From contig JAGRKB010000006.1 in assembly GCA_020442425.1 (NCBI GenBank), positions 4,020 to 68,019 on the forward strand: a stretch of 64,000 nucleotides of DNA, given 5' to 3'. This DNA is from Alphaproteobacteria bacterium. GTDB lineage: Bacteria > Pseudomonadota > Alphaproteobacteria > Micavibrionales > Micavibrionaceae. The notes under the pieces are model-generated. The model searched no databases, had not been told where the DNA came from, and was given only the letters and a program-made list of their open reading frames with translations. Every line of letters starts with the position of its first letter. Within the stretch, counting starts at the first letter, position 1. The position numbers were made by a program, and so were the translations under genes. Below are positions 8,068 through 15,613 of the stretch, one piece after another.

Positions 8068-8403
8068 TCCTGTCATCCTGAGTCTCTTCTCGTCATTGCG
8101 ACCCCGGACTTAATCCGGGGGAAGCAATCTAACAACACCCCTCTTTGGATCACCATGCGCCTTTCCGTCGCTCGCGATGACAACCAAAAGAACCAAACCC
8201 TTAGTGTCCTTAGTGTCCTTAGTGTGCTTCGTGGTAAAAAAACAAAACCCGCCATTCCCCGATTTATTCGGGGAATCCACACAATGCTAGATCACCCGAA
8301 CAAGTCGGGTGATGACAGACCAATAAATACCGCCCTTCCTGTCATCCTGAGCGAAGCCGAAGGATCTCCCTTGATGCAAACACCTTCGTCCCTTCGCGTG
8401 AAC
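8068..8403. repeat. Repeat cluster F between DUF484 and xerC
   Basis: Holds at least seven modules. These include tcattgcga-ccccggacttaatccgggg-gaagcaatc (~8090-8130), cgcctttccgtcgctcgcgatgac and a 9-mer tandem ccttagtgt x3 (+1 degenerate) at 8199..8234. Also present are cattccccgatttattcggggaatcc (~8253-8278), gatcacccgaacaagtcgggtgatg (~8290-8314) and gtcatcctgagcgaagccgaaggatc (8341..8366). Confidence 0.9.
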
Positions 8404-8438
8404 GAAAAATATGCACCCGTCATACAAGGATTCCCAAA

Positions 8439-9470
8439 ATGAAACCCGATAAACTAGACAACCTCTTGGCACTAGCCACCAAGCCCGACCTGTCCGATCA
8501 AATCGGCAAATGGATGACATGGCTCAAGGTCGAGAAAAATGTCTCCCCCCATACCCTGCGCGCCTATATCAACGACGTGACGCAATTTCTGGAATTCTTG
8601 CACGATCATTTTGATGAAGCCGTCGGCATCAACACATTATCAAATGTTCGCCTCGCCGATTTTCGTTCATGGCTCTCGCGTAAAAGTATGGATGGTCTTG
8701 CCGCATCTTCACGTGCGCGCTCACTCTCCGGTGTTAAAAATTTTCTGAAATGGCTTGATAAAACAGGTGTCATGCATAACGCCCATATCGGCAACGTGCG
8801 CTCTCCGAAATTACCGCACAAACTCCCGAAGCCTCTGGAGCTCCCGCAAGCCTTTCGTTTGCTCGACATTTCCTCTCCCTTAATTCCCTCCCCCTTGACG
8901 GGGGAGGGAATTAAGGGTGGGGGTGATGCGCGTGGGGGTGATGCGCGTGGGGCTAAAGAAAAAGGACACTGGACTCACATCCGCAACACCGCTCTTTTTA
9001 CACTGCTTTATGCCTGTGGCCTGCGTATCAGTGAAGCCCTTAACCTCAACATTTCGGATTTACCGCGTGACGGTTTTTTAATTGTGATGGGGAAAGGCCG
9101 CAAAGAGCGTCAGGTCCCCGTGCTACCGATTGTTGAAAAAACCATGAGCCTCTATCGCTCGTCCTGCCCCTTTGCTGAAACGCCGGATCGTCCTGTCTTT
9201 GTCGGAGAACGCGGCGGGCGTCTTAATCAAGGGGTTGCCCAAAAAGCGATACGTGATTTGCGCGGGCTGATGAATTTACCTGAAACGGCAACACCGCACG
9301 CACTGCGCCATTCCTTTGCGACACACTTGCTTGAAAACGGAGCAAATTTACGTGAGATTCAAGAGTTACTGGGACACGCATCCTTGTCAACAACACAACG
9401 CTATACGGAGGTCAATGCAGAAGAGCTGATCCGCATTTATAAGGCTGCTCACCCGCGATCGAGCACATAA
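8439..9470 (+). CDS. xerC: Tyrosine site-specific recombinase XerC, carrying an in-frame repeat insertion
   Basis: Core-binding N-domain is present (SPHTLRAYINDVTQFLEFL). Catalytic motifs are ACGLRISEAL, HALRHSFATHLLENGANLREIQELLGH and STTQRYT. It follows the DUF484 gene. An extra ~33 aa (SSPLIPSPLTGEGIKGGGDARGGDARGAKEKGH) lies between the two domains. Confidence 0.85.
   Translation: MKPDKLDNLLALATKPDLSDQIGKWMTWLKVEKNVSPHTLRAYINDVTQFLEFLHDHFDEAVGINTLSNVRLADFRSWLSRKSMDGLAASSRARSLSGVKNFLKWLDKTGVMHNAHIGNVRSPKLPHKLPKPLELPQAFRLLDISSPLIPSPLTGEGIKGGGDARGGDARGAKEKGHWTHIRNTALFTLLYACGLRISEALNLNISDLPRDGFLIVMGKGRKERQVPVLPIVEKTMSLYRSSCPFAETPDRPVFVGERGGRLNQGVAQKAIRDLRGLMNLPETATPHALRHSFATHLLENGANLREIQELLGHASLSTTQRYTEVNAEELIRIYKAAHPRSST
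8880..8947. repeat. Perfect 15-bp-arm palindrome plus 15-nt tandem duplication inside the xerC reading frame
   Basis: The palindrome is ttaattccctccccc-ttgac-gggggagggaattaa (8880..8914). It is followed by tgggggtgatgcgcg x2 (8918..8947). Both are in frame. Confidence 0.9.
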
Positions 9471-10102
9471 TAAAAGACGCGAACGTTTCCATTGGAAACA
9501 CACAACGCAGATTTGCCTTCGCAGGCAGCACAGTTGGTCGCATCAATAGGGTCAGCGCCAGTGTCAAACATCGCGTCCATATCCCCGGTCTCGGATGGAA
9601 TCGTCTCGCTGCCGGTCAGTTTAAAATTAATACGCTGGCAAATCTTCTCAGGCACACGGATCAAGGACATGATGACCTCATCTCCGGCGCCGCCAACTCC
9701 GTCAATCGTATTGCGGACGAAGAACCAGTCGGTAGCCGTAACCTCAGACGGGTCATCAAGCGTCGACCAAGGCTTTTGATAGGTGACATGCCCCCCCAGC
9801 GGATGAAAAATCTTGAAATCATGGGGCGCAGTGCCATAACCGGCATCAGATGGGATGGTAAACACGATGGAGTCCGGATCACGTTCATCCGAGAGCTTCA
9901 TCTGCTGAAAGCCATTAGCTGTTGCCGACATAAAATCCATGATCGAGTTCATGTCCAGCTCGGCTTTCTCCCGACCAACACCGGAAGACGTGCCATCGCT
10001 AACCCGCAACCCTTCTGACACGGCATAAGCCAAGGCTCCAAACAGAACCACTCCGATCAGGATGAGTATAAGAGCGCTTCCGCTTTGACGTGTTTCTGAC
10101 AT
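9449..10102 (-). CDS. Hypothetical exported protein with type IV pilin-like N-terminus (no Glu at +5)
   Basis: ORF 9449..10123, with probable start MSETRQSG at 10102. G-SALILILIGVVLFGALAYAV aligns position by position with the prepilin consensus G-FTLIELLIVVAIIGILAAIAV, but has Leu at +5. Cys residues cluster at the C-terminus. The 3' end overlaps the xerC 3' end by 22 nt (convergent). Confidence 0.5.
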   Translation of the reverse strand: MSETRQSGSALILILIGVVLFGALAYAVSEGLRVSDGTSSGVGREKAELDMNSIMDFMSATANGFQQMKLSDERDPDSIVFTIPSDAGYGTAPHDFKIFHPLGGHVTYQKPWSTLDDPSEVTATDWFFVRNTIDGVGGAGDEVIMSLIRVPEKICQRINFKLTGSETIPSETGDMDAMFDTGADPIDATNCAACEGKSALCVSNGNVRVFYYVLDRG

Positions 10103-10130
10103 GGGTTTTCCCATCCCTATCATATCTCAA

Positions 10131-11528
10131 TCATATGTGAAGCGGACGTCCCAAGACCGCCAACGCAGCCTCTTTGACAACCTCTTCCAGTGTCGGGTGA
10201 GCATGGCAGGTACGCGCGATATCTTCGCTACTACCACCGAACTCCATAACAGCCGTGACTTCTGCAATCAACGTACCGGCCTCAGGCCCTATAATGTGGC
10301 AACCCAGCACGCGGTCGGTTTTGGCACAAGCCAAAATCTTGACAAACCCGTCAGTGCAGTTCATCGCACGCGCCCGACCATTGGCCATAAACGGAAATTT
10401 CCCGATCTTATAGTCAACGCCAGCTCCTTTAAGCTGCTCTTCAGTTTGCCCCACACTCGCCACTTCCGGCCAAGTGTAGACCACACCCGGTATGAGATTG
10501 TAATCAATGTGTCCCGTTTGACCTGCCAAAATCTCTGCCAACACGACACCTTCGTCTTCAGCCTTATGCGCCAACATCGGCCCTGCAATCACGTCGCCAA
10601 TGGCATAAATGCCAGCAACATTTGACTGAAAATGCGCATCAGTTTTAACGCGACCGCGCTCGTCGCGCTCCACGCCAACCTCATCAAGCCCCAGCCCGTC
10701 TGTATAGGCCTTGCGCCCCACAGCCACTAAAACGATATCGGCTTTAAGTGTTTCCTTGGCTCCACCCGCAGCAGGCTCGACCTCAAGCGTCACACCTTTC
10801 TTATCAGCAACAGCAGAAGCCACCTTGGTAGAAAGTTTGAAGGTCATACCTTGCTTGGTCAGGATTTTCAGCATCTCTTTAGACAACTCGCCATCCATCG
10901 TCGGCAATATCTTGTCCATATACTCAATGACAGTAACGTCAGCGCCCAATCGGCCCCAAACAGCGCCAAGCTCAAGTCCGATCACACCGCCACCGATGAC
11001 AACCATTTTCTTAGGCACTTCAGTCAATTCCAAAGCACCAGTCGAAGACACAATCCGTGTCTCATCCAGCGTGATCCCAGGTGGTACAGCAACGTCCGAG
11101 CCCGTAGCTATAACAATATTCTTGGCTTGATACATTGCCCCACCAACATCGACTTGTCCGGCGGCCACAATCTTCCCCGCCCCTTTCAACCAATCGACCT
11201 TGTTCTTCTTAAATAGAAATTCAATACCCTTGGTGTTGGAATCGATAACACCTGTCTTGTGGGCCATCATGCCCTTGAGATCGAGCTTCACGCCTGAAAC
11301 CTTAATCCCCATTTTGTCCAGACCATCTTTGGCTTCATGATATTTCTCAGAGGCAGATAACAACGCCTTGGAAGGGATACAACCGACATTCAGACATGTT
11401 CCGCCAAGCGTTCCGCGTTTTTCAACACACGCAACCTTCATCCCTAACTGGGCCGCACGAATTGCACAGACATAACCGCCTGGCCCCGCTCCGATTACAA
11501 TAAGATCATAAGAATTGCTATCGCTCAT
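10131..11528 (-). CDS. lpdA: Dihydrolipoyl dehydrogenase (E3)
   Basis: FAD motif GAGPGGYVCAIRAAQLG, redox disulfide GGTCLNVGCIPSK and C-terminal HAHPTLEE. Confidence 0.95.
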   Translation of the reverse strand: MSDSNSYDLIVIGAGPGGYVCAIRAAQLGMKVACVEKRGTLGGTCLNVGCIPSKALLSASEKYHEAKDGLDKMGIKVSGVKLDLKGMMAHKTGVIDSNTKGIEFLFKKNKVDWLKGAGKIVAAGQVDVGGAMYQAKNIVIATGSDVAVPPGITLDETRIVSSTGALELTEVPKKMVVIGGGVIGLELGAVWGRLGADVTVIEYMDKILPTMDGELSKEMLKILTKQGMTFKLSTKVASAVADKKGVTLEVEPAAGGAKETLKADIVLVAVGRKAYTDGLGLDEVGVERDERGRVKTDAHFQSNVAGIYAIGDVIAGPMLAHKAEDEGVVLAEILAGQTGHIDYNLIPGVVYTWPEVASVGQTEEQLKGAGVDYKIGKFPFMANGRARAMNCTDGFVKILACAKTDRVLGCHIIGPEAGTLIAEVTAVMEFGGSSEDIARTCHAHPTLEEVVKEAALAVLGRPLHI

Positions 11529-11790
11529 AAAAAGCCTCTAAATGTAACTAAATTGAATAAAAATTTCTGATAAAAACCCTTGGCTGCAAAAGTGCCCCCT
11601 GCCCTAGCATCATACCTGTGTTCAGGAATTCTGCAACCAGCCAACCACACCTGCCGCTCTTTATTTATAACTTTTTCAGGGGAAAAACCTCAAGTGCGTC
11701 AATTTTATCAGTGATACCAAACAAATTCTAAGATATAGATCACTCAATACCTTAAGTCAGAATACTGAGGCAAAAAAATACACTTTCTTA

Positions 11791-11819
11791 TTGACATAAG
11801 CTGAGCGTTTTTTTATAAG
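11791..11819 (+). promoter_or_regulatory. Sigma70-like promoter for the 11841-15061 cassette
   Basis: TTGACA (11791-11796), 17-nt spacer, TATAAG (11814-11819). The ATG is 22 nt downstream, preceded by ACGGAGA. Confidence 0.5.
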
Positions 11820-11840
11820 ACCAAAACGGAGACTAACTAA

Positions 11841-13064
11841 ATGGCGTACGATCCTTCTCACGAAGAAGCACTTCAAAACATTAGCAGGCTTCACAACCGA
11901 GATTTCGGACATATTTACACCATTGCAGACGACCCTCAGGGGCTTCCACTAGAATTCGAATGCAAACTAAAACACACTCCCATGGGGAAAATATTAGGCC
12001 CAATAAACGCGGCCAATAAAGGCGCTCAAGACTGCATGGCCTTGCTAAGGTGTCTTGATACGGAATTAAGTACTTACCTCGATGAGCAAACTGCACCCAA
12101 TAAATATATACTTACTAGCGCAGGTCTTGACTCCGTAGCAATCTCACAAAACACCCCGACTCCGCAACCAACTGCGGAGTTTCGTTTAAGAAATATGCAG
12201 CTACGCGTACGATTCCCGATTTTTGTGAGCGGGAGAGGAACTGAGACCTCCCCAATTGTTCCTCCAAATCAATATGATGCAAACATGAAAGATCACCTGT
12301 CCTCCATGCAATCCGGAGAACATCGCATTGAATTGGAAACAGCAATTCACGATCCGTCAACATGTTTACAAAGCTTAAAAGGAATTGCAAAAGGGGCATT
12401 CCCCACCCCATTCAAACATCTTAAAGATAATGACCTACGTGTAACGTGCTTTAACATGACAGCTCGCACTAGCTTTTTCTTAGTCATACAAATTCCAAAG
12501 ACCGAGCATTACGCCTTAATTCACGGCTCCTACGACTCTAGTCGCGCCCTTCCCAACCAACCCGTTGCATTTGCAGACCTAACGTCCAGAAATGAAATGG
12601 AATTAGAAGTGAAAGCCTTGATGGGTAATCATCCATCTCTTTCTGATCCCATCAGACAAGCAGAGCTTATAAATCAACTCTTTGACACAATCTACGCAAC
12701 AGCAAAACACCACAACTTTTCTCAATCTACGCACAGCAAGCTAGAAGAAGCTGAAGCAGCCGTTGCCAAATTTATTAGAGAGCGCACAGAATACCCCACT
12801 GCAAAAAAACAAGACCCCATACTTAAACAATTTTTATCCCAAAGGTTTAATAGTGCAAACAATACACAACCTGCTCATGGTCTAGGAGAATATGCTTTTG
12901 CTCTCATGCAAGACATTAGGATATCCCAAATTTTTGACCCCTTGCTAGGTCGCAACGCCTATGACACACCAATTGTACGAAGAGCAACAGGCTTACCTAA
13001 TTCTGACGAATTGCTACCTAAAAGACTACTTGTGCCTGAAACTCTGCGTCTAATAGCTGTATAA
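11841..13064 (+). CDS. Hypothetical 407-aa protein (no recognisable domain, no signal peptide or TM)
   Basis: Long ORF. Its stop overlaps the next start (TAATG at 13062-13066). Confidence 0.6.
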   Translation: MAYDPSHEEALQNISRLHNRDFGHIYTIADDPQGLPLEFECKLKHTPMGKILGPINAANKGAQDCMALLRCLDTELSTYLDEQTAPNKYILTSAGLDSVAISQNTPTPQPTAEFRLRNMQLRVRFPIFVSGRGTETSPIVPPNQYDANMKDHLSSMQSGEHRIELETAIHDPSTCLQSLKGIAKGAFPTPFKHLKDNDLRVTCFNMTARTSFFLVIQIPKTEHYALIHGSYDSSRALPNQPVAFADLTSRNEMELEVKALMGNHPSLSDPIRQAELINQLFDTIYATAKHHNFSQSTHSKLEEAEAAVAKFIRERTEYPTAKKQDPILKQFLSQRFNSANNTQPAHGLGEYAFALMQDIRISQIFDPLLGRNAYDTPIVRRATGLPNSDELLPKRLLVPETLRLIAV

Positions 13065-14071
13065 TGACTTCGCCATTATTTACCTGCATAGGAAACGCCT
13101 GTACGGATATTATCACGTCTGCAAACGACGCATTTCTTGAAAAATACAATATCAAAAAATCCTTCTGCACCCATCTGGAAACAGAAGACCATCTGAAAGA
13201 AATCAAAAGCGCATTGAATTTTTACGAGCTGATCTCAGGAGGAGCAGCAGCGAACACGGCACATACGTTAAGCGCCCTAGATGCCACAGTAAATTTTTTA
13301 GCCAAAATCACTAATGACCGTGAAGGGCTCTCTTTTCTTCAGAATACAAAAGATGCAGGTATTTCATCAGCAATGCACGTTGAAAAAAATACACAATTAT
13401 GCTCCCCTCAAGTCTTATGTTTTATCACTCCTGACGGTGACCGAACTTTCGCCAGTTACAATGGTGTTGCAACAGAGTTCAGCCACGAACACATCCCACA
13501 AGACGTAATTGAAAAAACAGACATTCTCTATCTTGATGGATACACTCTTTGCTCTCCGGCAATTCCTGATGCCTATTTAAAAGCCACAAAACTCATCCAT
13601 AAAAACGGCGGCCTAACATGCATGAATGTCGGAGACCGCAGCCTGATTGATATGCATGAAACGACAATCCGTACACTACTTGCTGCCAGTGACGGATTTA
13701 TCTGCAACCTTGCAGAAGCCCAAGCCCTCTACGGCGACGAAAAATCTGCAGAAGAAATTGCCCCTATCCTAGCCAAAACATTCACTTTTGGAGCCGTCAC
13801 AGACGGCGCAAACGGAGCCTATCTCTACCACAAAGGAAACATCCATTTCCAACCTGCCGAAGATATTTCACATCTTGGTCAAATAGACAGCATTGGCGCA
13901 GGAGATCATTTCTCAGCCGCCATTCTCTACGGCATAGCCTATAACTGGTCCCTCAGAAACATCGGGAAACTCGCCAACCTTTGCGCCCTGGATTGCCTCT
14001 CCCATCCCGGAGGCCGCCCAAGAGGAGGGAAAGGATCGTTAAAGCATCTCGTAGAAGAAGCACAAACCTGA
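13064..14071 (+). CDS. PfkB-family carbohydrate/nucleoside kinase (adenosine-kinase-like paralog)
   Basis: Has CIGNACTDII, the Gly-Gly switch ISGGAAANTA and the anion-hole motif DSIGAGDHFSAAILYG. Resembles the gene at 18598..19581. Confidence 0.8.
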   Translation: MTSPLFTCIGNACTDIITSANDAFLEKYNIKKSFCTHLETEDHLKEIKSALNFYELISGGAAANTAHTLSALDATVNFLAKITNDREGLSFLQNTKDAGISSAMHVEKNTQLCSPQVLCFITPDGDRTFASYNGVATEFSHEHIPQDVIEKTDILYLDGYTLCSPAIPDAYLKATKLIHKNGGLTCMNVGDRSLIDMHETTIRTLLAASDGFICNLAEAQALYGDEKSAEEIAPILAKTFTFGAVTDGANGAYLYHKGNIHFQPAEDISHLGQIDSIGAGDHFSAAILYGIAYNWSLRNIGKLANLCALDCLSHPGGRPRGGKGSLKHLVEEAQT

Positions 14072-14083
14072 TAGACTGCACAA

Positions 14084-15061
14084 ATGAAAACCAAAGCTCT
14101 TACATCGATGCAGTCCGCAGTGGATATTGTTCTCTCAAGCCCCCACCCCGACAATAAAGTTGCAGCAAGTCTTTTTAACGAGACAACAACACTGTCTCAA
14201 ACCAACTTCTGGCCACAAATCATTCTGGATAAATTGGGAACGGCAATCCGCATCGGCGACAGCAGTGGAACCGTCCACGCCGAAGTCAATTGCCTGCTCC
14301 ACTTCCCCGAGAAAACGCAAGGCGCAGAAATCGCCATCACCGACCCTTGCTGCCCCAATTGCGCAAAAAATATTTCTGAATCCGGCATTAAAACCGTCTA
14401 TATCGACCATAAAGGCTTTCAAAAAGATTTCGCAGCCCGCAGAGGCGAAGAATTCAAAAATATGTCACTCAACATTCTTGCCCACGCGGGCATATCAATT
14501 TACGAGATAAACCGCAAAGAACAATCCGTCTCCGTGATTCATGAACCGGAAAAAGATTATGTCCCCGCAGAAGACAATCCGATTGAAATCCTTCCGCGCC
14601 TCGATCTAACAATCCCGACCAAGGATGATCTAAAAAAACTTATCCAATCCGTGACCGTAAAACATCCATTCTGGGGATGTGCTCTCGCAGTGAATGACGA
14701 CGGAAAAATATTTTCTCTGATAGCCTCAACCCATACAGCCATAGGATTTTTGGAGGAAGACTTTACCAATCAACAAAAAACCGAAATTCATCCATACCCG
14801 CAAAATCCTGAGAAAAAATATAACTACCACCTAACCCCTCTCAACCGTTTGCTTTTCGGAGCCACACGCCATAATCTTCATCTGATTGACGGAATGGTCT
14901 GGACTTCCCTCATCCCCAATGCCAGAGAATTGGTAAACTTCGTAGGGGCAGGATTTTCAAAACTGAACATCGGAGAAAAGAAACCCTACGCAAAGGAATC
15001 TGCATTAGAAGGTCTCCTTACGCTGGAAAATTCCGGAATAATAGAAGTAACAACTTTGTAG
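14084..15061 (+). CDS. CMP/dCMP-type zinc deaminase domain protein with a C-terminal second, ligand-less deaminase-like half
   Basis: The HAEVNCLL ... PCCPNCAKNISESGIKTVYI signature (H-A-E / P-C-x-x-C) lies in residues ~64-105. C-terminal residues ~190-320 repeat the pattern (ALAVNDDGKIFSLIAST ... SLIPNARELVNFVGAGFSKLNI) without the His/Cys ligands. Confidence 0.7.
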   Translation: MKTKALTSMQSAVDIVLSSPHPDNKVAASLFNETTTLSQTNFWPQIILDKLGTAIRIGDSSGTVHAEVNCLLHFPEKTQGAEIAITDPCCPNCAKNISESGIKTVYIDHKGFQKDFAARRGEEFKNMSLNILAHAGISIYEINRKEQSVSVIHEPEKDYVPAEDNPIEILPRLDLTIPTKDDLKKLIQSVTVKHPFWGCALAVNDDGKIFSLIASTHTAIGFLEEDFTNQQKTEIHPYPQNPEKKYNYHLTPLNRLLFGATRHNLHLIDGMVWTSLIPNARELVNFVGAGFSKLNIGEKKPYAKESALEGLLTLENSGIIEVTTL

Positions 15062-15064
15062 AAA

Positions 15065-15517
15065 TCAGAACATTCCCTGATGATGACGAGAAATCATATC
15101 AGTAATATCATCTTCAGAGTAATCAAAAGCCCGAGCAATTTCTTCAACCAAAATTTCCCGAAGCAACACTCCTAAATCTTCGCCCGTCTCACACCACAAA
15201 TCAAGAATCGGACGGCGATAGACAACAAGACGATCTTCACTATTGGCGATCTTTTTCTCAACACCCGGAGAAATTTCTCGCCCTGAATGATAAAGAGCCA
15301 ACAACTCATAAGGAGAATTCAACTCCATATCCTGCTCAGTCGCATCATCGGGAAACTCTTCCATGACCAAAACTGTGTCTTCACATTTGTCAATCAACTC
15401 ATCAGGAAGCGTATCCAAAACTTGACGCGCCATAATTCCCAGATCATCCGCACTCGGAGGAACTGAAAAATTCATTACAATTTCATGCTTAGATGAAGCT
15501 CTCGCAGTCATCGTCAA
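15065..15517 (-). CDS. DUF1025-type minimal metallopeptidase homolog with degenerate HExxH
   Basis: The motifs PPSADDLGIMARQVLDTLP, PYELLALYHS, VVYRRPILDLW and SEDDITDM follow the family pattern. The expected HEIGHH is EEIARA. Confidence 0.55.
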   Translation of the reverse strand: MTMTARASSKHEIVMNFSVPPSADDLGIMARQVLDTLPDELIDKCEDTVLVMEEFPDDATEQDMELNSPYELLALYHSGREISPGVEKKIANSEDRLVVYRRPILDLWCETGEDLGVLLREILVEEIARAFDYSEDDITDMISRHHQGMF

Positions 15518-15613
15518 ACACCTTACTCTCGTGAATCATTGATTGATTCCAAGAATAACAAAAAAATCGATAGAAGGACAAGAGGGTAAAATAACCTAGG
15601 AAAAATAACGGGC

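Noticed and set aside
8199-8403. Possible CRISPR array, given the many short palindromic repeats.
   Set aside because: There is no regular repeat-spacer periodicity. The repeats are different modules in mixed orientation, the tandem units are only 9 nt, and no cas genes are present in the window.
8439-9470. A tyrosine recombinase as a marker of a prophage or integrative element.
   Set aside because: The DUF484-xerC pairing and the XerC/D-type motifs indicate the housekeeping dimer-resolution recombinase. No phage or mobility genes are adjacent.
10131-11528. lpdA as part of a pyruvate or 2-oxoglutarate dehydrogenase operon.
   Set aside because: No E1 or E2 genes flank it in this window, so it appears as a stand-alone E3 gene here. 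I do not regard this as unusual enough on its own, since E3 genes are often unlinked.
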